From a virus (Duplodnaviria; Heunggongvirae; Uroviricota; Caudoviricetes): a stretch of DNA of 30,575 bases. Each line of letters begins with the position of its first letter. Position 1 is the first letter of the stretch. Under the pieces are notes generated by a model, which saw only the letters and a list, made by a program, of their open reading frames with translations, did not search any database and was not told the origin of the DNA. The stretch lies in the IMG/VR virus record IMGVR_UViG_3300032280_000594; one strand, written 5' to 3'. The translations under genes and the position numbers were made by a program. Positions 8,669 through 15,693 of this stretch are shown piece after piece.

Positions 8669-8881
8669 ATGATAGTAGTATGTATAAACGATAAATTAGC
8701 TGGTTTCACTTACGGTAGAATCTACCGTGTCACAGTCAAAGATGATATTTATGGCTCAGGTTTACATTGGGTTATTTCTGATTCTGGTTTAGGTAGAGGT
8801 GTTTTTTTAAGAAACTCTTTTATGACTATTGACGAGTGGAAAATGGCAATAAAAAAAGAAAGTTATAATGATTTTATATGA
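8669..8881 (+). CDS. small SH3-like beta-barrel family protein
   Basis: MIVVCIND...FTYGRIYRV...SFMTIDEWK. Confidence 0.7.
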   Translation: MIVVCINDKLAGFTYGRIYRVTVKDDIYGSGLHWVISDSGLGRGVFLRNSFMTIDEWKMAIKKESYNDFI

Positions 8882-9263
8882 TATAGATAGTGATGAAATT
8901 ATTAAGGTATTAAGGTTTGACTATGTGGAGATTCTATATTTTACTATAAGTCGTAATGAAATGACAAATATATCTTTTGATGTAGGAGAATCTGCGTGTG
9001 AGTATATTAAGGATTGGTATTTAGAAAGTTTACCAGGTGGTAAACTACGTTATGCTTCAGAATATAAACGTGATTTATATATTACTGACTTAAAAGATAA
9101 ACAAATTAAACTAATAAATTGTTTTATAAAATCAGTTGATGATAAAGATACATTTCTTACTGTTGAAATATATTGTGATAACTATATTATTGGTGATTCT
9201 ACTACCTTCCCTGAATTAAAATCACTTTATCGAAATGCAGTTTTATCAGGTTTAGGAATATAA
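8868..9263 (+). CDS. degenerate T4 gp19-like tail-tube-fold protein with C-terminal R-x-x-x-L-x-x-LGI helix
   Basis: ESACEYIKDWY...GKLRYASEYKRDLYI...KLINCFIKSV...LTVEIYCD resembles, by eye, the tail tube core of T4-like jumbo phages; ends YRNAVLSGLGI*. Confidence 0.5.
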   Translation: MILYDIDSDEIIKVLRFDYVEILYFTISRNEMTNISFDVGESACEYIKDWYLESLPGGKLRYASEYKRDLYITDLKDKQIKLINCFIKSVDDKDTFLTVEIYCDNYIIGDSTTFPELKSLYRNAVLSGLGI

Positions 9264-9290
9264 AAAAAGAGAACTAATGTTCTCTTTTTT
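9262..9290. terminator. bidirectional intrinsic terminator
   Basis: AAAAAGAGAAC-taat-GTTCTCTTTTT between convergent genes. Confidence 0.85.
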
Positions 9291-9543
9291 ATTTTAATAT
9301 GTCATTAAGTTTCTCGTCTCTTATTTCGGCTTCTGTTTTTAGGTATTTACTTTTGTGTGGACAAAGTCCTGTGCCAAACTTAACTAAGTACCAACCATCA
9401 ACACGATTTTCTGTTTCAATTAAAACATCATAAGTTTCACCTTCGATAAGAGAACAATTTCCCCATACTCTATCAGTAAACTCAATAGATTCTACACAAA
9501 TCATTTTAATAAATCTAGTCGGGTCTTTAGGAGCTTGCATCAT
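9289..9543 (-). CDS. small SH3-like family protein with C-terminal R-x-x-K-L helix
   Basis: MICVES...LIEGETYDV...AEIRDEKLNDILK*. Confidence 0.75.
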   Translation of the reverse strand: MMQAPKDPTRFIKMICVESIEFTDRVWGNCSLIEGETYDVLIETENRVDGWYLVKFGTGLCPHKSKYLKTEAEIRDEKLNDILK

Positions 9544-9565
9544 AGTTATAAGTATTTAGTTTATA

Positions 9566-9573
9566 CAAATATA
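9566..9573 (-). promoter_or_regulatory. Bacteroidota-type -7 promoter element TATATTTG
   Basis: TAnnTTTG match upstream of 9543. Confidence 0.6.
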
Positions 9574-9584
9574 CAATAATTATT

Positions 9585-10199
9585 TTATTTACCAAGTAAA
9601 CTTTTTAAAACATTATCTCTTTTTAATGTTTTTAATTCAGTATCAATAGATTCTCTAACTCTTTCATATCCTACTATTGTTTCACTATAAATTTTTTCGT
9701 GATGTTCTAAGATAAATCCCCATAATTGAGAAAGTATTAGTGTACTTGTTTCTGTATTATCGGTATTATATGATACGCTTCCGTTTGTTTGATATGCAGT
9801 ACCGGCAACAGTTTTTATCACAGTAAATGATCCCAAGTCTACCTTATTATTATACGAATATAATCTACTTCTAACCTTTAAAGTATTCGTAGGATTATTT
9901 AGTTCTATCATATATGATTTTCTATCACTAAGACCATAATTTCTTTCGTTATCAATGGTAACTACCCAATCTTCTAGTTTAATAGATTCTAAAACATCTT
10001 TAAGTAAAGAATGGTCCGTATCAAAATCTTCCCATTTTGGAGTTTCATATTTTGGTATAGGTAAACGTAAGAAATCTTTATCGATTTCTTCGATAACTTT
10101 TTTCTTAGTTAGCGTGTAGTTTTTATAAGCAAAGTAAATTACTACTGCAAATAGTATTAAGTTTATTAAGTATATCATTTTAATTTCTAGTGTTATCAT
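9585..10199 (-). CDS. membrane-anchored protein with C-terminal R-x-x-x-L helix
   Basis: N-terminal TM LINLILFAVVIYFAY; ends LKRDNVLKSLLGK*. Confidence 0.8.
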   Translation of the reverse strand: MITLEIKMIYLINLILFAVVIYFAYKNYTLTKKKVIEEIDKDFLRLPIPKYETPKWEDFDTDHSLLKDVLESIKLEDWVVTIDNERNYGLSDRKSYMIELNNPTNTLKVRSRLYSYNNKVDLGSFTVIKTVAGTAYQTNGSVSYNTDNTETSTLILSQLWGFILEHHEKIYSETIVGYERVRESIDTELKTLKRDNVLKSLLGK

Positions 10200-10588
10200 T
10201 TTAATATTTTTCTAATTTTACGATCTCGTTCTTCTACTTTTTTATTTTCTTCTTCTTCTTTTAGAAAATCTTCATATTCTTTTGTGTTATACATGCTCAT
10301 ATCAGTTTCGTGGTTTGAAATACTTGATAATAAAACAAAGATTATTAGTACAATTGGTATTAAAATTGCAGTAAACCAATCCATTTGTTTGTTATTTATA
10401 GAACAAAGACCTATAAATGCTTGTATTTTCAACCATAATATGAATAATTTCTTCCTATCTATGTTAGATAATCTAGTTTTCACTTTATATTTTGCCATTG
10501 ATGAGAATTTTGTAGAAAAATATATTAGTATAGCAATAATAGAAAGTGGAATAAAAAATAGAAAGAACATAAATATGTTACTTACCAT
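10196..10588 (-). CDS. multi-pass membrane protein with C-terminal R-x-x-K-I helix
   Basis: three hydrophobic segments; ends EERDRKIRKILK*. Confidence 0.8.
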   Translation of the reverse strand: MVSNIFMFFLFFIPLSIIAILIYFSTKFSSMAKYKVKTRLSNIDRKKLFILWLKIQAFIGLCSINNKQMDWFTAILIPIVLIIFVLLSSISNHETDMSMYNTKEYEDFLKEEEENKKVEERDRKIRKILK

Positions 10589-10794
10589 TATTTCCAGAAT
10601 TTATACCACTTCTTCTCCTTTTCGGTATCTCCAAGTAGTGATTTAAGTTTTTCGTCTCTTTTTTCTGCTACTTCACATTTTTTACAAAGATGTTTTTCCA
10701 TGTCGTGATGTAGTGCGTGTCCTGTACTTTCTCCACAATTTTTACAATCGTGTGTTAGCCAAGATGGGTCTGAACCCTCGTGAAAGTGTGCCAT
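10588..10794 (-). CDS. small zinc-ribbon protein with R-x-x-K-L helix and KKWYKFWK tail
   Basis: CKNC...CKKC; AEKRDEKLKSLLG. Confidence 0.75.
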   Translation of the reverse strand: MAHFHEGSDPSWLTHDCKNCGESTGHALHHDMEKHLCKKCEVAEKRDEKLKSLLGDTEKEKKWYKFWK

Positions 10795-10798
10795 ATTA

Positions 10799-11047
10799 TT
10801 ATTCTAAAATTAAATTTAATTTATATTCTCTACTAAATGCTTTTATTTCGTTATAAGGTATTTTTCTAAACTTTGAAGCGTGTTTTATTCTACCATCTTC
10901 TGTATGATAGTAAATTTGTTTTCTTTTTTTACTTTGACCGATAATAGCAACTAATTCATTATCTAAATATAGATAATTTGGAACACCTAGTTTTTCTAAT
11001 GTTCTCCAGTAATCTCCTTGTAAAGTTAAATGTGTTTCTGTATTATT
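10799..11047 (-). pseudogene. 82-codon open frame lacking an ATG (start lost or non-canonical)
   Basis: Hand-translated NNTETHLTLQGDYWRTLEKLGVPNYLYLDNELVAIIGQSKKRKQIYYHTEDGRIKHASKFRKIPYNEIKAFSREYKLNLILE*; fills operon gap exactly. Confidence 0.6.
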
Positions 11048-11058
11048 TTATTTTAAGG

Positions 11059-11418
11059 TTAAACGAATAAGTAAATAAGATACTTTGATGTGATGTGTAA
11101 AAACTGGTCTAATTGAAATAAGTGCCAGTGGTAAGGATTAGTATCATCCTTTAATTTAGGCCATTTCGTTTCAACTCTACCTTTTGTAACATCTATAAAA
11201 AAATGTGTTGTAAACTCAAATGAACTAGCTAAGATGGCTTTTTCAACACTGATTGAGTTAAACATTAAAACTAAAAAAACTCCGATTGCATGCAACATGG
11301 CGTGTTTAGCAATTGGTATGTAAGGATAACCTTTTGCTTTAGCTTTAATCATTTCGTGTGTTAAAGCTTTGCCATAATCAAATACTAAGTGTGAGAATAT
11401 TAGTTGGTATAGTATCAT
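11059..11418 (-). CDS. DUF3307-family membrane protein
   Basis: HLVFDY...HAMLH...THFFIDVTK...LDQFLH motif series. Confidence 0.8.
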   Translation of the reverse strand: MILYQLIFSHLVFDYGKALTHEMIKAKAKGYPYIPIAKHAMLHAIGVFLVLMFNSISVEKAILASSFEFTTHFFIDVTKGRVETKWPKLKDDTNPYHWHLFQLDQFLHITSKYLIYLFV

Positions 11419-11435
11419 ATCTTTCTTTTATATTA

Positions 11436-11443
11436 CAAAGATA
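11436..11443 (-). promoter_or_regulatory. Bacteroidota-type -7 promoter element TATCTTTG
   Basis: TAnnTTTG upstream of 11418; heads run 11418->9585. Confidence 0.65.
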
Positions 11444-11466
11444 TAAAAAAGATTTGAATAAAAAAA

Positions 11467-12651
11467 TTATGTTCTCCAATCTGGTTCACCATCAGTTGAG
11501 TCTAATTCCGCATAAGGTCTTTGAAATATTTGACTATTTGATAATTTACCTTCATCTGCATCATAGTATGTGAATGTATCCATATAAGGATAAAGTTCAT
11601 AATCTTTGGCTTTAACATTCACTACACTACTATTTACTATAGTTTTTGAGTAACCATTTTTGATAGCCCATTTTAAGAATAAATTATCATAACTATCTTT
11701 ACTGGTATAGACACGATCCATATATTTTTTGCCATCGGACAGTGTCCATAAAAGAGCTCGGCCTCTTAGCTCATTGTAATCATTTAAGTATATAAGCATT
11801 TTACATACTTCTGGATTTTGTACATATATATCAAAAAAGTCTTGACAATTAGAATATCTCATGCAAGAATTTGAAAGTTGACCTGATGATCCACCTTCAT
11901 AATATTTTTGATGATACCATTTTCTAATTTCTTCTCCTTCTATAATTTTAAAACTATCAAAAGCATTATTTCTAAGAATAACTTCTGCCTCATATAAGTT
12001 TACAAATTTTTCTATAGTCACTGCTGAATATGTTTTACCAATCGCGGCTATAAATTTATTAAGAAATCTTCCTAATCTAACATCAGATTTTCTTGTAGAG
12101 ATAGATCCATTTGGCTCGATTGGATTTTTAATACCATTACTTGTTCTAGTAGAACTATAAACCAGTGCATATCTACCTGGTATGTTAGCATCTTCTAAAT
12201 AAAAAAAGTTTAAATGACTCCAATTTTCTGAGGTTGGATTTTTTATAACTTTCCAACTATCTGCTAATAATCCTCTTATATCACCACCTATAAGTCCTTC
12301 ACCTGGAACATCTAATTCCTTAAATAGTACATGTGGACTAGATGGTTCATAACCTAGAACGTTTGCACTTGTTAGAACACGATAAGTTATTTCTTCTTCT
12401 TTTATTTTATCTTCTGGAATAAATGAAACCATACCTGGTTTATCAGATACATCAATACAATTGGAATCAATGTTAACATCTTTACTTACATAATCTCTTA
12501 TTAAAGAAGCTAGGTCTGCAACATCATTCTGATCATTAGTTGATAAAACGTCTAGTATTTCAATAAAATCTGTTCCAAATATCATCTTACCTTCTAAAAT
12601 AAGGTTATATATCTGTTTTTCTAATATAAATTCGTAGTATTTGTTCACCAT
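11467..12651 (-). CDS. putative virion-packaged enzyme, SCM/GRALLW/YPYMDT family (paralog of 15694..17034)
   Basis: Leader MVNKYYEFILE; motifs SFIPEDK, GRFLNK, KFVNLY, GEEIRKWY, SCMRY, GRALLW, MDRVY, YPYMDT. Confidence 0.85.
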   Translation of the reverse strand: MVNKYYEFILEKQIYNLILEGKMIFGTDFIEILDVLSTNDQNDVADLASLIRDYVSKDVNIDSNCIDVSDKPGMVSFIPEDKIKEEEITYRVLTSANVLGYEPSSPHVLFKELDVPGEGLIGGDIRGLLADSWKVIKNPTSENWSHLNFFYLEDANIPGRYALVYSSTRTSNGIKNPIEPNGSISTRKSDVRLGRFLNKFIAAIGKTYSAVTIEKFVNLYEAEVILRNNAFDSFKIIEGEEIRKWYHQKYYEGGSSGQLSNSCMRYSNCQDFFDIYVQNPEVCKMLIYLNDYNELRGRALLWTLSDGKKYMDRVYTSKDSYDNLFLKWAIKNGYSKTIVNSSVVNVKAKDYELYPYMDTFTYYDADEGKLSNSQIFQRPYAELDSTDGEPDWRT

Positions 12652-12657
12652 AATAAC

Positions 12658-12666
12658 TATATATTA
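12658..12666 (-). promoter_or_regulatory. putative late promoter TAATATATA
   Basis: 6 nt upstream of ATG 12651. Confidence 0.65.
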
Positions 12667-12689
12667 AATTATTATGGTGAAAAAGTATT

Positions 12690-13007
12690 TTAATAAAGAT
12701 CTTCTGAGAAAAGTAATCCTTTTAAATCTTTTGTTTGACCCATATCAAATGCAATTTGTGCAGCTTCTTTACGATCAACAAATCTATTTTTTGATGTCAG
12801 AAATCCTTGCACATGACTACCTGCACCATCCGGTGCATGAGTAACAGTTCTTAAACCTTTTAAAGATAGTAGTGTGTAAATACATTGTCCATGTCTATGA
12901 CCAAGTATGACCACACCGGAATCACAATTGACTGGTAATGATTGTTTTATTTCATTTTCTAAATCTAAGTACCAGATTGCGGCACATAATATATACTCTT
13001 TATCCAT
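12690..13007 (-). CDS. conserved phage hypothetical protein
   Basis: ILCAAIWY...GHRHGQC...QGFLTSKNRFVDRKEAAQIA pattern familiar from phage hypotheticals. Confidence 0.8.
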   Translation of the reverse strand: MDKEYILCAAIWYLDLENEIKQSLPVNCDSGVVILGHRHGQCIYTLLSLKGLRTVTHAPDGAGSHVQGFLTSKNRFVDRKEAAQIAFDMGQTKDLKGLLFSEDLY

Positions 13008-13011
13008 TTAA

Positions 13012-13019
13012 CAAAGATA
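13012..13019 (-). promoter_or_regulatory. Bacteroidota-type -7 promoter element TATCTTTG
   Basis: 4 nt upstream of ATG 13007. Confidence 0.6.
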
Positions 13020-13048
13020 AACATTTTTTAGAAATAACATATAATTGT

Positions 13049-13207
13049 ATGGAATTAATTTTAAGAGGAGTTTTATGTAAAATTTCGGATAAACCACATA
13101 ATGGTCGAATATATCCTAAAAATGTATTTGATAGTCATCTTATGAATTATAAACGTAATAGAAGAAAAATAAAAATAAAATCATTATTTAATGAAAGTAA
13201 ATCTTGA
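13049..13207 (+). CDS. 52 aa mini-protein resembling the N-terminus of T4 gp21-type prohead protease
   Basis: MELILRGVLCKISDKPHNGRIYPKNVFDSHLMNYKRNRRKIKIKSLFNESKS; NGRIYPKxV motif; internal ATG chosen over 12938. Confidence 0.55.
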   Translation: MELILRGVLCKISDKPHNGRIYPKNVFDSHLMNYKRNRRKIKIKSLFNESKS

Positions 13208-13445
13208 GAAAGTTATCTGTATAAAAAATACCTTAAAGATTGATGATGAGATATTAGTAAATGATATGGTACAGGTCGGTAAAATATATGATATGGAACG
13301 CATCTTATATACTGATGAAAATGCATGGGACTTATGGAATTGTTATATATATGATGGTGAGAATATTTGGAGATTACCCTTAGAATTTTTTGAATCTTTA
13401 GATGAGTACCGAAACAAAAAAATAAATAATATTTTAAAATTATGA
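13191..13445 (+). CDS. small SH3-like family protein with C-terminal R-x-x-K-I helix
   Basis: VICIKN...VQVGKIYDM...FFESLDEYRNKKINNILKL*. Confidence 0.8.
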   Translation: MKVNLEKVICIKNTLKIDDEILVNDMVQVGKIYDMERILYTDENAWDLWNCYIYDGENIWRLPLEFFESLDEYRNKKINNILKL

Positions 13446-13903
13446 AAAAAACAATTAAACTTTTATCGATATTAATTTTATTCTTATCGACTACATTATC
13501 CGCACAACGAGTGTATGATATTACACTAAAAAATAACAAACTATCTATTGTACAAACTTTAAATCCTAAAAGTTCTATCTCAATAGAAACTATTGGTGAA
13601 GTACAATTTGAATTATATGATTTAAAAACAAAAATAGTTTTAGGAGTTGAACCGAAATCTAAAAGTACTGATGAAACTTTGGCTAAGTATATGGAAATGG
13701 ATAATGGTGATACTAAAATTGATACACGTATTAAATTTAGTGATAATGGAAGTTTTGTAGAATATTTCTACTATGGTGATTGTTATATAACTAATTATTT
13801 TGTACCTCAGTACTTAGATGGTAATTATCTTTTAGAAATTAAAGATGATGTAAAAACAGTAAAATATAATATTAAAAATGGTAAAATAATTTTGATTAAT
13901 TAA
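13442..13903 (+). CDS. secreted protein, possible T9SS C-terminal-domain-like fold
   Basis: Signal peptide ending LSA|Q; TLNPKSSISIE...FELYDLKTKIV...LDGNYLLEIK. Confidence 0.7.
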   Translation: MKKTIKLLSILILFLSTTLSAQRVYDITLKNNKLSIVQTLNPKSSISIETIGEVQFELYDLKTKIVLGVEPKSKSTDETLAKYMEMDNGDTKIDTRIKFSDNGSFVEYFYYGDCYITNYFVPQYLDGNYLLEIKDDVKTVKYNIKNGKIILIN

Positions 13904-13914
13904 AATAATATTTA

Positions 13915-13922
13915 TATCTTTG
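13915..13922 (+). promoter_or_regulatory. Bacteroidota-type -7 promoter element TATCTTTG
   Basis: upstream of 13942. Confidence 0.6.
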
Positions 13923-13941
13923 TGAAACAAAACAGAAAAAT

Positions 13942-14310
13942 ATGAAAACTCTATTATTATCTTTATCATTATTATTTAGTTTAAACTGCTTTTCACAAAA
14001 GTATCTTGTTTCTAAGGTGAATGATACAATTGTAAATAACAGTTATGTTTATGAATCAAAAGATTTTCCAAAGAAAGTAGTTATTAAAATAGAATCTAAT
14101 AAGTTAGAGTTTGATAATGTAGTTCCTGGTGACTTTGTCAATGGTGTTTATAGTTTATACTCAAAGGATGATAATTTTAAATTTTCATTTAGTAAAACGA
14201 AAGTTATTGTTTACACATTAAATAAAGATAGATGGGAAGTCCTTTATAATATTGATTTAAAAGATGAAAATAAAAGTGATTGGTTTAAATACAATCCAGA
14301 TACTAACTAA
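13942..14310 (+). CDS. secreted/periplasmic hypothetical protein
   Basis: Signal peptide MKTLLLSLSLLFSLNCFS|Q; beta-rich body. Confidence 0.8.
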   Translation: MKTLLLSLSLLFSLNCFSQKYLVSKVNDTIVNNSYVYESKDFPKKVVIKIESNKLEFDNVVPGDFVNGVYSLYSKDDNFKFSFSKTKVIVYTLNKDRWEVLYNIDLKDENKSDWFKYNPDTN

Positions 14311-14338
14311 AAAAATCCCTTATTTAAGGGATTTTTTT
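14311..14338. terminator. bidirectional intrinsic terminator
   Basis: AAAAATCCCTTA/TAAGGGATTTTT between convergent genes. Confidence 0.85.
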
Positions 14339-15640
14339 TGTAAATTGACTACTACAATTTACTTTTATTTCAAAGTCTGATTTATCTCTTGGTGAATAAA
14401 CAATTATTTCAATTTTATTATACTTACCTGCTAAATCAAATTTAACTTTTACTTGACCTTTTTTATAGAAAACAAAATCTCTTACTCCAGCTTTATACAT
14501 TGCAATTAGTTCTCTCATTGGTTTTGCAACATCATCCTCATTTCTATCTGATGTAAAACCATTATATTTATTTATAAGTGATTTCTTTTTTAACATTAAG
14601 TCCATTAACTCTTCAAATTTATTTACTGTGTGAATTTCTAAGTTAGTTTTTGTTGCATTGGAACCTGCTCTATGTAATTTTGTTAGTGCTAAAATATTTG
14701 CCGGTGCGTAATCCCAAGTATTCATTAAATATGGATTCACTCCAGTTGAGAAGAATCCAGAGTCACCTATTAATTTACCATCACCATAAACTACTACTCT
14801 ATCAGGAATAGAACCCGGTGTTAAAATTATATTACCTGAACCATATTCACCACTAACATTAAAGTCTCTTTGTAAACCAATATTATTTTTAATACTTGTA
14901 ACTGAGATAGAATCTTTGAATGAACAAAAACTATCGTTGTTTGAGGTGTATGTGTTTGTGTTTACCTCTATAGGATTTACTTTAAGTTTTACAAACTGAT
15001 ATTCATCAAATATTTTTTTATCTTGTCCGGTATATTTAGGTCCATTCACTTCATGATTTACTTCGATGATTATATTTGGAACATTATAATCATTAAAGAA
15101 TGCATTCATATAAGTTTTAGTTTCTGCAGCTCTTCTTTTTGCCAACTCACCATCTGGCAATACTTCTTTAGTTTCTGCATCTCTGTTACGTAGTCTTGAT
15201 TCGGATGCATCTATTATTATCTTAAATTTAATAAATTTTGGATTTTGTAATGAGTTTATATGATCCACTAGTTTTAATAGTTCCACTTTTAGATCCGCTT
15301 TACCTTGTTCATCTAATTTCCAAACTCCACTTTTAAATGATTTAGATACATCAAATATACCTTCTGTTGATAGATTATCTATTTGTTCTAATTTATCTGA
15401 TTTTGGTAGTGAGTTATAAACACTTGCAAATGTTGGATTAGTACTTAATAGTGATGCTAATAGTGTTGCATTTATTACACCTTTTTTAATTAGATTTACT
15501 ACAACATTTTTGGTTAACTTACCTTTTTCGGCAACTTCTTTTATTCTATCAATTAAACTTTCATTTATCTGATTATTCTCATTAACACTTAATATGTAAT
15601 TAAGTGTTTTTGTTTCTTCGTAAGTAATAATATATCTCAT
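14324..15640 (-). CDS. putative virion protein with OmpA-C-like (peptidoglycan-binding-like) domain
   Basis: Leader MRYIITYEE...INES; FKSGVWKL...IIIDASES...ELAKRRAAETKTY...YQFVKL resembles OmpA C-terminal fold; C-terminal beta domain. Confidence 0.65.
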   Translation of the reverse strand: MRYIITYEETKTLNYILSVNENNQINESLIDRIKEVAEKGKLTKNVVVNLIKKGVINATLLASLLSTNPTFASVYNSLPKSDKLEQIDNLSTEGIFDVSKSFKSGVWKLDEQGKADLKVELLKLVDHINSLQNPKFIKFKIIIDASESRLRNRDAETKEVLPDGELAKRRAAETKTYMNAFFNDYNVPNIIIEVNHEVNGPKYTGQDKKIFDEYQFVKLKVNPIEVNTNTYTSNNDSFCSFKDSISVTSIKNNIGLQRDFNVSGEYGSGNIILTPGSIPDRVVVYGDGKLIGDSGFFSTGVNPYLMNTWDYAPANILALTKLHRAGSNATKTNLEIHTVNKFEELMDLMLKKKSLINKYNGFTSDRNEDDVAKPMRELIAMYKAGVRDFVFYKKGQVKVKFDLAGKYNKIEIIVYSPRDKSDFEIKVNCSSQFTKKIP

Positions 15641-15645
15641 AAAAC

Positions 15646-15654
15646 TATATATTA
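15646..15654 (-). promoter_or_regulatory. putative late promoter TAATATATA
   Basis: 5 nt upstream of ATG 15640; back-to-back with 15681-15689. Confidence 0.65.
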
Positions 15655-15680
15655 AATAATTCTTTTATAAAAATAACTTT

Positions 15681-15689
15681 TAATATATA
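15681..15689 (+). promoter_or_regulatory. putative late promoter TAATATATA
   Basis: 4 nt upstream of ATG 15694. Confidence 0.65.
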
Positions 15690-15693
15690 TGAT

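Noticed and set aside
12938-13048. N-terminal extension of the 12938..13207 ORF
   Set aside because: Overlaps the opposite-strand gene and its promoter; protein-like signal begins only at ATG 13049
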